This document shows, one piece after another, positions 1-10,620 of a DNA stretch of 64,000 bases. Made by a program: the position numbers and the translations under genes. The stretch comes from Octopus sinensis (Eukaryota), in NCBI RefSeq assembly GCF_006345805.1, contig NC_043001.1:99634001-99698000 (forward strand), in the 5' to 3' direction. Numbering within the stretch: the stretch's first letter is position 1; each line of letters opens with the position of its first letter. Below the pieces are notes generated by a model. It was not told where the DNA came from and did no database searches. It worked only from the letters and a program-made list of their open reading frames with translations.

Positions 1-988
1 TGACAAAGGGCCTCTCGCTCAGAGTAAAAGGTAGACTGTATGAAGCATGTGTACGAACAGCCATGCTACATGGCAGTGAAACATGGCTGTGACTGCTGAG
101 GACATACGTAAGCTCGCAAGGAATGAAGCCAGTATGATCTGAAGGATGTGTAATGTCAGTGTGCATACTCGACAGAGTGTAAGTACCTTGAGAGAAATGT
201 TGGACCTAAGAAGCATCAGATGTAATGTGCAAGAGAGACGACTGTGCTGGTATGGTCATGTGGCGAGAATGGATGAGGATAGCTGTGTGAAAAAGTGCCA
301 CACTCTAGCAATTGAGGGAACCTGTGGAAGAGGTAAATCCAGGAAGACCTGGGATGAAGTGGTGAAGCATGACCTTTGAACATTAGGGCTCACCAAGGCA
401 ATGACTAGTGACTGAGACTTTTGGAAATATGCTGTGCTTGAGAAGTTTCAGCAAGCCAAATGAGATCATAACCTCATTGCCTATGCTAGGGGTGTAACCA
501 GCCCACTTATGTGTACCTTCCTTTCATTGGACACTGCTTTCGAAGACCTGTTGAGGCAAGTGAAATCGAAATCAAATTCGATGACTGGCATCCATGCTAT
601 TGGGGCACTAAGAGCACCATCCGAGCATGATCATTGCTAGAGCTGCTATCTGGCGTTCATGCCAGTGGCACGTAAAAAGCACCATTCAAGCGTTATCGTT
701 ACCAGCGTTGCCTTACTGGCACTTGTGCCGGTGTGCAGTTGGCATGTAAATAAAAACTTTTGGGTGTGGCCATTGCCAGTACCGCCTGACTGGCCCTCAT
801 GCCAGTGGCACATAAATGCACCCACTACATTCTCGGAGTGGTTGGCGTTAGGAAGGGCATCCAGCTGTAGAAACTCTGCCAGATCAAGATTGGAGCCTGG
901 TGCAGCCATCTGGTTCGCCAGTCCTCAGTCAAATTGTCCAACCCATGCCAGCATGGAAAGCGGACGCTAAGTGATTATGATGATGATA
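1..988 (+). mobile_element. RTE-clade LINE, 3' end of ORF2 plus modular 3' UTR and (GAT)n tail
   Basis: ORF 146-379 reads ERRLCWYGHVARMDEDSCVKK...GRGKSRKTWDEVV (RTE ORF2 C-terminus). It is followed by GGCACGTAAAAAGCACC modules, the TTAGGAAGGGCATCCAGCTGTAGAAAC...CCAACCCATGCCAGCATGG block and an ATG/GAT tail. Confidence 0.85.
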
Positions 989-1039
989 TATATATACATA
1001 TACACTCAATCACACACATACACACACATATATATAAAG

Positions 1040-1257
1040 GGTGTGTGTTGTGCTCTTGAGCAAGACACTCCATTTCATGTTGCTCCAGTTCACTCAGCTT
1101 TAGAAATGAGTTACAATGTTACTGGTACCAAGCTGTATCAGCATTTGCCTTTCCCTTAGGTAAAAACTGTGGCATGGAGAGGGGGCACTGCTGGACTTGT
1201 GCCTCGAATGGTAACTTTCTAGGTGTGATCCAATGGTCATTCATGATTGAAGTGGGG

Positions 1258-1260
<3 letters not shown>
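1040..1260 (+). mobile_element. CORE-like SINE fragment
   Basis: GTGTGTTGTGCTCTTGAGCAAGACACT resembles a CORE domain; the body is homologous to the fuller copy at 42297-42625. Confidence 0.55.
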
Positions 1261-1297
<37 letters not shown>

Positions 1298-1299
1298 TG

Positions 1300-1632
1300 A
1301 TGTCATGTAACAGGCACCCTTTCTAGTGGCACGTAAAAAGCACCCTTGGAATTTTGGGCCTCATGGAGGTGATCACTGAGACTTTTGGCGATATGCTGTG
1401 CTTGAGAAGACTTGTCGAGCCGAGTGGACTCACAGTTGTGACTGATGCTGGTGTTACATAACTGGCACCCATGCCATCAGCACACAAAAAGCACCAGTTG
1501 TTGGGGTTAGAAAGGGTGTCCAGCTATAGGAACCATGCCAAATCAGATTGGAACCTGGTGCAGCTCTCCAGCTTACCAGTTTCAGTCAAACTGTCTAACC
1601 CATGCCAGCATGGGAAGCAGACACTAAATGAA
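1300..1632 (+). mobile_element. RTE 3'-UTR-derived short element (degenerate)
   Basis: GTGGCACGTAAAAAGCACC module plus TTAGAAAGGGTGTCCAGCTATAG...AACCCATGCCAGCATGG tail block. Confidence 0.6.
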
Positions 1633-2210
1633 ATGAGGATATCTATATACAGTTGTCTCTTTGTTCGTATGGTACTCAACTTTGATGGTTTTCTTTCAGC
1701 ATATTTGTTTTTACATCTATTAGAAATGCCAATAGTAGAACTAGAATAAGAAACAGAGAGAAGGCTGGAGCTAGGATGATTGAAGGATCTTTATAATTTT
1801 GAAATACACATCATACATACATAGTAAAATTATGGGATCAATGGAAATGCTGTATTATTTTGGAGAGAAGGAAATGCCAAAAAAATTTCATTTATGTATA
1901 AATGTGTTTAGTGAAGAACTTGTAAGGAAATTTGGAAATATTGTCAATGTAGTCATATATATCTTGAACACAATCATATTGTCAATAAAATATATATTCA
2001 AAGTAAGTAATAAATGAATTTAAGTAGTTTAAGAATATATATTTTACATAAATAAGAAATAAAATTATAAAAAAAATATCATGTAAAAATTAGTATTAGA
2101 GAGTTTATAGCTATCTTAAAAGCAATGAATTATAAAATACAAATTCATAAAAAAAAATTTACAAAATTTTACAGAATATTGTAATTTTTTTTCCAGAAGT
2201 ATTGATAACT

Positions 2211-2350
2211 ATGCCTGTTTCAAATAATGATGAACCTTACTACTGTTCAGAACAAATTAAAATACCTCTTGACTTGCCTGACATTATGAAAGAATTCACT
2301 AAAGCTGCAATTCGTACCCAACCTAAAGATATACTAGGATGGTCAACTTC
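2211..2350 (+). CDS. ROPN1L: Ropporin-1-like protein (RSP11), coding exon 1, RIIa/D-D domain
   Basis: Acceptor ttttttttccAG ends at 2196, ATG at 2211, donor GTGAGT at 2351. Translation MPVSNNDEPYYCSEQIKIPLDLPDIMKEFTKAAIRTQPKDILGWST matches the ropporin RIIa motif QIxIPxxLPDIxKxFTKAAIRTQPxDxLxWS; 140 nt, phase 2. Confidence 0.93.
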
Positions 2351-2530
2351 GTGAGTTTCAATTTTTTGTCATTCTTATTTGATATACTCTTTGATGGGAC
2401 TAAGTGAAAGAATATTTACCAACATAATCATTGCTAATAGTCTGAAGAACTGTTTTAAAGTAGAATTGTAATTACATCTAAATTACAAGCATCATTGTCA
2501 TCATCATCAACATTATTGTCATTGTCGTCA

Positions 2531-3240
2531 TCATCGTCATCATCACTTCTCCAGATGTCTCACTTGATCGAGGGCTTCAGTAGTACTTTGCTCTGATACA
2601 AACCCAAACTCTATCTCTTTTAGGCTAATTCTCTTTCTAATCAGTTATGGAATAACCTTTTGTTTCGTTTATAACTCAGTTCATCACTCTGATATATCTA
2701 GCTACTTTTTGTCATGGCATTTCCTTTATTCTTGATACCATTATGTCAGATATCTAGTATTTCATTCACTAACATGTCTGCTACTTCACCAACAGCTAGT
2801 TCTTTTTTCCACTTTCTTCCAGGCTTTTTTATTCAGTAAATTAACAATTCTATGCTCCTTTCTTCTCAGCCTCAGTATTCCAGTGCCATTCTGCACACAC
2901 TTTTTTATATTGATGTCTTAATTCAAACTGACATATAAACTTGCAAAATGGAACAGTTCATGTTTCTGATTTTCTCATAGCAGAACATTTGTAAACCTCT
3001 TACTTACAACTTCACTACAATATTGAAACCTAGTTTTTCTTCTCTTAACCTGATATTGTTTGCTGCTCTCCAATTTCTTCGTCTTTCTATACCTGTCTCT
3101 TAACACCTGTAACTTTACCATTCCATTCTTAAGTTATCTTCAATTTGGTCTGAACCTTGCTTCTACAACAGATCTTGTCTGTGGCTTGCAGCAGGTTGTC
3201 TTGTTGCAACTTCCAGTTATACTTTTATAACTGTATCCTC
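2531..3240 (-). mobile_element. Highly degenerate RTE-like LINE RT fragment
   Basis: Manual minus-strand translation gives EFGFVSEQSTTEAL (cf. QFGFMPGRSTTDAI) and KNKGNA (cf. YKNKGD); many stops. Confidence 0.45.
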
Positions 3241-4651
3241 TACCTACTGCTGCTGCTGCTATTGTTGTTAAGCAACAAGATGGGTAAGGGTGATTAGGTG
3301 ATGGTCTAGGGCTTAGGGGTGACCCCAGACCTTGGAAAAAAAAAATTTGGTTGTCTTGTAGTCAAGGGCTCTTTGTTGATGCCCAACACCACTGGGAGGT
3401 GGCCCTCAAGTCACTGGAAATGGAGATCTCCAGGTCCAAATCCTTGGACGGCTGGTGGTGGTGATGGTGGTGATGATGATGAACATATTCATCACTTAGA
3501 ATTCATCTGAATCTATATCTAATAGAGAGATTTTCCAACCTCATTATTTTGTAGTCCAGATTGTCTTGTTTCCCTGTGTCTGCTTAGCTCAGACTCTGAT
3601 ATCCAGCATTTTCCAATTGAAGCTCCCATAAATCCCTAGGATTTTGTGAGAGGTCATTAAGAATTCCATTACAATCAGTGATAAGCAGGTTAATTATATG
3701 CAAATGCATTTTTGATACATTCATTTTATATTTGTAATGTTTTTCATACATTCATGGAATATTCCATAAAGTAATAAGGAAACTTCTTGATACTTCTTAA
3801 TGGGAAATTATAGAGGAATTGGATCTAAATAAGGTCTCGGTTAAGACAACTTTCTTAAACCTTCTTTGTCACATCTGAAAATTTATAATTTCTAAACATT
3901 TCAAACACAATTTTATGCTTTGTTTAATCTCTTACACAATTTAACTTTATGAAAAGGAAAGATCAAGAGAATTATATAATAATTTGTATTTAGGAATTCT
4001 CTGAGACATGGAATGTATTTCATGGGTTCCTGTAAGAGTAAAAATTTCAATAGTCTATGTTAGCTGGTGTGTTCTTCAATGAGGAAAAACTTAGTATTTA
4101 CAACCAGTTTTCTTTCTGGCCTAGAATGTCGTAGTCAACACTAATGTAACTAGTCATCTGACATCGATGCAACTTTAAATATTTAAGGTTGAAAAATTAA
4201 CTACAATTATAAAGCTTTAAGAGTTTCTGCTGATACAGGCACATGCACACCCCTGAGAAACAGAAATAGTATTTGGTTAGGCAAATATATATAAAAAAGA
4301 GTTTGTATGTGTGTGTATGCATATGTTCCTTATGCATTCGAAGACTGAGTTGCCAATTTTGATGTTTGGGGTATCAAATGATTCAGTAACCTTTCGGCTA
4401 CCAAATAAACTTTATTTTCATTTACATATTTTCTACGTTATCTCAACAACCAACTTTAGTTATTTGAAAGCCACTGCTCTACAACGACCAGGTTTCATTA
4501 GAAAGTGAAATAGTTTGACACTTTCAATTTGGACCAAAATCACAGTGTTGCATAATGAGAGTGACAATGTGTGAATAATGAAAGTAATGTTTCTCTGAAT
4601 TAGTCACATTTGTACTATGATAAAGATAGCTGCTTATCATCTATCTATATA

Positions 4652-5561
4652 TGTTGGGTCATTCCAGAAGTAATGCACTTTTTCCAGTTGCGTGAACTAA
4701 AAGTCGGAGGGGGACGAGATAAACTATCTGCATCAACTTGCTATAAAAACAGTTAGTAATTTTAATTTCTTAGTACAAGTTATGAAGCGTACAGTTCGAT
4801 TTTAACAGTTATTTTTTAAAAGCCATAATGGAAGTGTGGCAACGAAAAGTGCAAGGAATATTAATGAAGTATATGGGGATCAGACAATAAGTGTAAGCCA
4901 GTCTCAACTGTGGTTTCAGAAATTCTCAGCCAGACACTACAACCTAGAAGATGAGCCTCATCCTGCAAGATCTGTACAGCTCGATGAGAACATTCTGCAA
5001 ACCCTAGTGGAACAAAATCTCATCATATCTGTTGAAGAACTAGAAGAGAAGCTTGGATTTGGTCAGTCATCATAACTGTTGAAGAACTAGAAGAGAAGGT
5101 TGGATTTGGTCAGTCAACAAGTCATTCAAATCAGCACTAGAAGGAAAATTACCATCTTTGGTTTCAAGACAGAAGGTGTTGTTACATCAGGATAATGCTC
5201 AGCCACATACAGCAAGGATGACATTCCAAAGGCTGGATCAGTTTCAATAGGAAATGGTACCTCACCCACCATTTTCGCTGGACATTGACCTATCTGATAA
5301 TTATTTTTTCCGCAGTCTTCAAAATCATTTGGATGGAAAAAATATGAATTCTGTAGATGAGGTCAGAACATTACTGGAGGAGTATTTTTCATCACAGTCA
5401 AGTAAATTTTGGAAGAGGGGCCTTGCAAGTCTACCAGATAGCTGGAAGAGCATTGTAGAAAATGAAGGAGAGCATATTTTAGATTAAAAAAACAACTTTA
5501 TGTTAATTTTGAAAAATAAAAGAAGTCTAAAAAAACACATTATTTATGGGATGACCCAATA
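4652..5561 (+). mobile_element. Mariner (DD34D-type) transposon, internally deleted, non-autonomous
   Basis: Imperfect ~30-bp TIRs (TGTTGGGTCATTCCAGAAGTAATG / CATTATTTATGGGATGACCCAATA) flanked by TA. Transposase relics: HTH WFQKF...LEDEPH, HQDNAQPH, and PHPPFSLDIDLSDNYFFRSLQNHL. A 48-bp internal tandem duplication lies at ~5029-5118. Confidence 0.85.
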
Positions 5562-6554
5562 TAAAGGCTACCAAATAACCTATGCTTTTGGCTCAACAAC
5601 TCTTTTCTAACTAATAAAATAACCCCGGAAACAAGGTCAGGTCACACAATTTTAAGGTCATTTTTGGGCAATATTTTGATTTGTTCTAATGTTTCACTTT
5701 TGTCTGATGTTTCACATGTGCGTAGAATTCTATTCAGACAAAAATTTATGAAAATGTACACATAAATATTGTATTAAAATAAGCCACAACCAAAAATATT
5801 TCATTAAAAGACATCCATTTCTCTATATGTTATGAGGAGTCACTTCCTCTTACATGCACACTTACACGCACACATACAGACAAAACAAATGTATGCATAT
5901 GTATTTATGTATATGTATATGAAAGATGTGTGTGTGTTTATGTGAGAGAGAGAGAGAGAAAGCAAGTGCCACTTATACATACATGCAAAAAAATACATAC
6001 ATGACAACACACACCTTCACTCACTTTCTCTCACACGCACATGCACACACACACACATATACACATGTCCATTTCATATACACGTATATACATCTTTCAC
6101 TTTCCTGTCTCTCTCACTTTCTGTTATGTTGCATGTTCGGATGCCTTCTACTCAACTCTACTCTTCTCTCTACTCTGCTACTCTCCCGACATCTAGGCTT
6201 CCCCCTCTATATCTATGTATTGGGCTAGCCTACTTCATCGTCTGGGGGCTTCAACACAACACCTCCCCTTTTTGAGTTTTTTAAACCTGAATTTATCAAT
6301 TATATTTCCTTGGTGAGAAACTGGCACATCTTTTTCTCTTAGCATTAATTTCCATCATTTCTGTAGGTTTTCTCTTCCTGTTTGACTTATGTGTCAGTTT
6401 TGCTTTTGCTTGTGGTTCTGGGACCTCGAACACTTTCGCTTGTGGTTCTGGGACCTGGAACAAATCATACCATAAATCCATTGGTTTTTCTCACCTCTTG
6501 GTTTTTGGTATATCTTTTTTTAAATTTGTTTAAATGCCTTCTGTATTCATATTT

Positions 6555-9500
6555 TGCTACGAAATCCTCGTTGCCACTGTTATATCGCAATGCTACACAG
6601 TGGCTGTGTGTGCTATGAAAACCTCGTTGCCACTGTTATATCTCACTGCTACACAGTGGCTGTGTGTGCTATGAAATCCTCGTTGCCATTGTTATATCAC
6701 AATACTACACAGTGGCTGTGTGTGCTACAAAATCCTCGTTACCACTGTTATATCGCAATGCTACACAGTGGCTGTTTGTGCTACGAAATCCTCGTTGCCA
6801 CTGTTATATCGCAATGCTACACAGTGGCTGTGTGTGCTACGAAATCCTCGTTGCCACTGTTATATCGCAATGCTACACAGTGGCTGTGTGTGCTATGAAA
6901 TCCTCGTTGCCACTGTTATATCTCACTGCTACACAGTGGCTGTGTGTGCTATGAAATCCTCGTTGCCACTGTTATATCGCAATGCTACACAGTGGCTGTG
7001 TGTGCTACGAAATCCTCGTTGCCACTGTTATATCTCACTGCTACACAGTGGCTGTGTGTGCTACGAAATCCTCGTTGCCACTGTTATATCGCAATGCTAC
7101 ACAGTGGCTGTGTGTGCTATGAAATCCTCGTTGCCACTGTTATATCTCACTGCTACACAGTGGCTGTGTGTGCTATGAAATCCTCGTTGCCACTGTTATA
7201 TCGCAATGCTACACAGTGGCTGTGTGTGCTATGAAATCCTCGTTGCCACTGTTATATCTCACTGCTACACAGTGGCTGTGTGTGCTACGAAATCCTCGTT
7301 GCCACTGTTATATCGCAATGCTACACAGTGGCTGTGTGTGCCACGAAATCCACGTTGCCACTGTTATATCGCAATGCTACACAGTGGCTGTGTGTGCTAC
7401 GAAATCCTCGTTGCCACTGTTATATCACAATACTACACAGTGGCTGTGTGTGCCACGAAATCCTCGTTGCTACTGTTATATCATAATACTACACAGTGGC
7501 TGTGTGTGCCACGAAATCCTCGTTGTCACTGTTATATCTTAATGCTACACAGTAGCTGTGTGTGCTACGAAATCCTCGTTGCCACTGTTATATCTCAATG
7601 CTACACAGTGGCTGTGTGTGCCACGAAATCCTCGTTGCCACTGTTATATCACAATACTACTCAGTAGCTATGTGTGCCACGAAATCCTCGTTGCCACTGT
7701 TATATCTTAATGCTACACAGTGGCTGTATGTGCCACGAAATCCTCGTTGCCACTGTTATATCACAATACTACACAGTGGCTGTGTGTGCCACGAAATCCT
7801 CGTTGCCACTGTTATATCTTAATGCTACACAGTGTCTGTGTCTGCCACGAAATCCTCGTTGGCACTTTTATATCTTAATGCTACACAGTGGCTGTGTGTG
7901 CCACGAAATCCTCGTTGCCACTGTTATATCACAATACTACACAGTAGCTATGTGTGCCACGAAATCCTCGTTGCCACTGTTATATCTTAATGCTACACAG
8001 TGTCTGTGTGTGCCACGAAATCCTCGTTGCCACTGTTATATCTTAATGCTACACAGTGTCTGTGTGTGCCACGAAATCCTCGTTGGCACTTTTATATCTT
8101 AATGCTACACAGTGGCTGTGTGTGCCACGAAATCCGCGTTGCCACTGTTATATCGCAATGCTACACAGTGGCTGTGTGTGCAACAAAATCCTCATTGCCA
8201 CTGTTATATCGCAATACTACACAGTGGCTGTGTGTGCCACGAAATCCTCGTTGCCACTGTTATATCGCAATACTACACAGTGGCTGTATGTGCTACGAAA
8301 TCCTCTTGCCACTGTTATATCATAATACTACACAGTTGCTGTGTGTGCCACGAAATCCTCGTTGCCACTGTTATATCTCAATGCTACACAGTGGCTGTGT
8401 GTGCCACGAAATCCTCGTTGCCACTGTTATATCACAATACTACACAGTAGCTATGTGTGCCACGAAATCCTCGTTGCCACTGTTATATCTTAATGCTACA
8501 CAGTGTCTGTGTGTTCCACGAAATCCTCGTTGCCACTGTTATATCACAATACTACACAGTAGCTATGTGTGCCACGAAATCCTCGTTGCCACTGTTATAT
8601 CTTAATGCTACACAGTAGCTGTGTGTGCCACGAAATCCTCGTTGCCACTGTTATATCTCAATGCTACACAGTGGCTGTGTGTGCCACGAAATCCTCGTTG
8701 CCACTGTTATATCACAATACTACTCAGTAGCTATGTGTGCCACGAAATCCTTATTGCCACTGTTATATCTTAATGCTACACAGTGGATGTGTGTGCCACG
8801 AAATCCTCGTTGTCACTGTTATATCACAATACTACACAGTAGCTATGTGTGCTACGAAATCCTCGTTGCCACTGTTATATTGCAATGCTACACAGTGGCT
8901 GTGTGTGCCACGAAATCCTCGTTATCACTGTTATATCGCAATACTACACAGTGGCTGTGTGTCCTACGAAATCCTCGTTGCCACTGTTATATCGCAATGC
9001 TACACAGTGGCTGTGTGCTACAAAATCCTTGTTGCCACTGTTATATCGCAATACTACACAGTGGCTGTGTGTGCTACGAAATCCTCGTTGCCACTGTTAT
9101 ATCGCAATGCTACACAGTGGCTGTGTGTGCTACGAAATCCTCGTTGCCACTGTTATATCGCAATGCTACACAGTGGCTGTGTGTGCCACAAAATCCTCGT
9201 TGCCACTGTTATATCGCAATACTATACAGTGGCTGTGTGCTACAAAATCCTCGTTGCCACTGTTATATCGCAATACTACACAGTGGCTGTGTGTGCTACG
9301 AAATCCTCGTTGCCACTGTTATATCGCAATGCTACACAGTGGCTGTGTGTGCCACAAAATCCTCGTTGCCACTGTTATATCGCAATACTATACAGTGGCT
9401 GTGTGCTACAAAATCCTCGTTGCCACTGTTATATCGCAATACTACACAGTGGCTGTGTGTGCTACGAAATCCTCGTTGCCACTGTTATATCATAATACTA

Positions 9501-10408
9501 CACAGTTGCTGTGTGTGCCACGAAATCCTCGTTGCCACTGTTATATCTCAATGCTACACAGTGGCTGTGTGTGCCAAGAAATCCTTGTTGCCACTGTTAT
9601 ATCTCAATGCTACACAGTGGCTGTGTGTTCCACGAAATCCTCGTTGCCACTGTTATATCACAATACTACACAGTAGCTATGTGTGCCACGAAATCCTCGT
9701 TGCCACTGTTATATCTTAATGCTACACAGTAGCTGTGTGTGCCACGAAATCCTCGTTGCCACTGTTATATCTCAATGCTACACAGTGTCTGTGTGTGCCA
9801 CGAAATCCTTATTGCCACTGTTATATCTTAATGCTACACAGTGGCTGTGTGTGCCACGAAATCCTCGTTGCCACTGTTATATCTCAATGCTACACAGTGG
9901 CTGTGTGTGCCACGAAATCCTCGTTGCCACTGTTATATCTGAATGCTACACAGTGGCTGTCTGTGCCATGAAATCCTCGTTATCACTGTTATATCGCAAT
10001 ACTACACAGTGGCTGTGTGTAACGAAATCCTCGTTGCCACTGTTATATCTCAATACTACACACTGGGTTTGTGTGCCACGAAATCCTCGTTATCACTTTT
10101 ATATCGCAATGCTACACAGTGGCTGTGTGTAACGAAATCCTCGTTATCACTTTTATATCGCAATACTACACAGTGGCTGTGTGTAACGAAATCCTCGTTG
10201 CCACTGTTATATCGCAATACTACACAGTGGCTGTGTGTGCTACGAAATCCTCGTTGCCACTGTTATATCGCAATGCTACACAGTGGCTGTGTGTGCTACG
10301 AAATCCTCGTTGCCACTGTTATATCGCAATGCTACATAGTGGCTGTGTGCTACGAAATCCTTGTTGCCATTGTTATATCGCAATGCTACATAGTGGCTGT
10401 GCGTGCTA
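6555..10408. repeat. Tandem minisatellite array, 56-bp unit, about 69 copies, each with an 8-bp-stem hairpin
   Basis: Consensus GCTACGAAATCCTCGTTGCCACTGTTATATCGCAATGCTACACAGTGGCTGTGTGT; GCCACTGT/ACAGTGGC is an internal inverted repeat; some units are 54 bp; 3854/56 is about 69. Confidence 0.97.
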
Positions 10409-10496
10409 GTTCTAGATTTAGAACCTAAATCAAAAACAAAGATAAGAAACTGTTTTGCTTCTTATCTAAAGATGTATAATTTTTTATCTCTTTTAG

Positions 10497-10620
10497 ATAT
10501 TTCGTTGCTCTTTATAATGGAGAGGAACCTCCTGTGAAAGAAAGATATGAAATTCCAATGGCTACACAGAAAACTGATTCAGGTTTAACAATAGGTATTT
10601 TGAAGATCTTTCATAAACAG
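10497..10620 (+). CDS. ROPN1L: Ropporin-1-like protein, coding exon 2
   Basis: ctcttttAG|...|GTacc; 124 nt; completes the phase-2 codon, then YFVALYNGEEPPVKERYEIPMATQKTDSGLTIGILKIFHKQ (cf. vertebrate ROPN1L PVKDRMEMPTATQKTDTGLTQGLLKVLHKQ). Confidence 0.95.

Noticed and set aside
646-970. Recurring small ORFs such as AEFLQLDALPNANHSE / SEWLALGRASSCRNS (also at 17.4, 19.4, 21.1, 23.1, 42.1, 56.8 and 63.2 kb)
   Set aside because: They are both-strand translations of the non-coding RTE 3' tail, not a gene family.
6555-10408. CRISPR-like or ribozyme-array interpretation of the hairpin repeat
   Set aside because: There are no unique spacers (units are contiguous and homologous along their whole length), no cas genes, the context is eukaryotic, and no CUGANGA hammerhead core is present on either strand.
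6554-10428. Many overlapping Cys-rich ORFs up to 364 aa
   Set aside because: Artefact of a 56-bp unit with no stop triplet on +; the three peptides simply rotate through frames, variants introduce stops, and the array is intronic.
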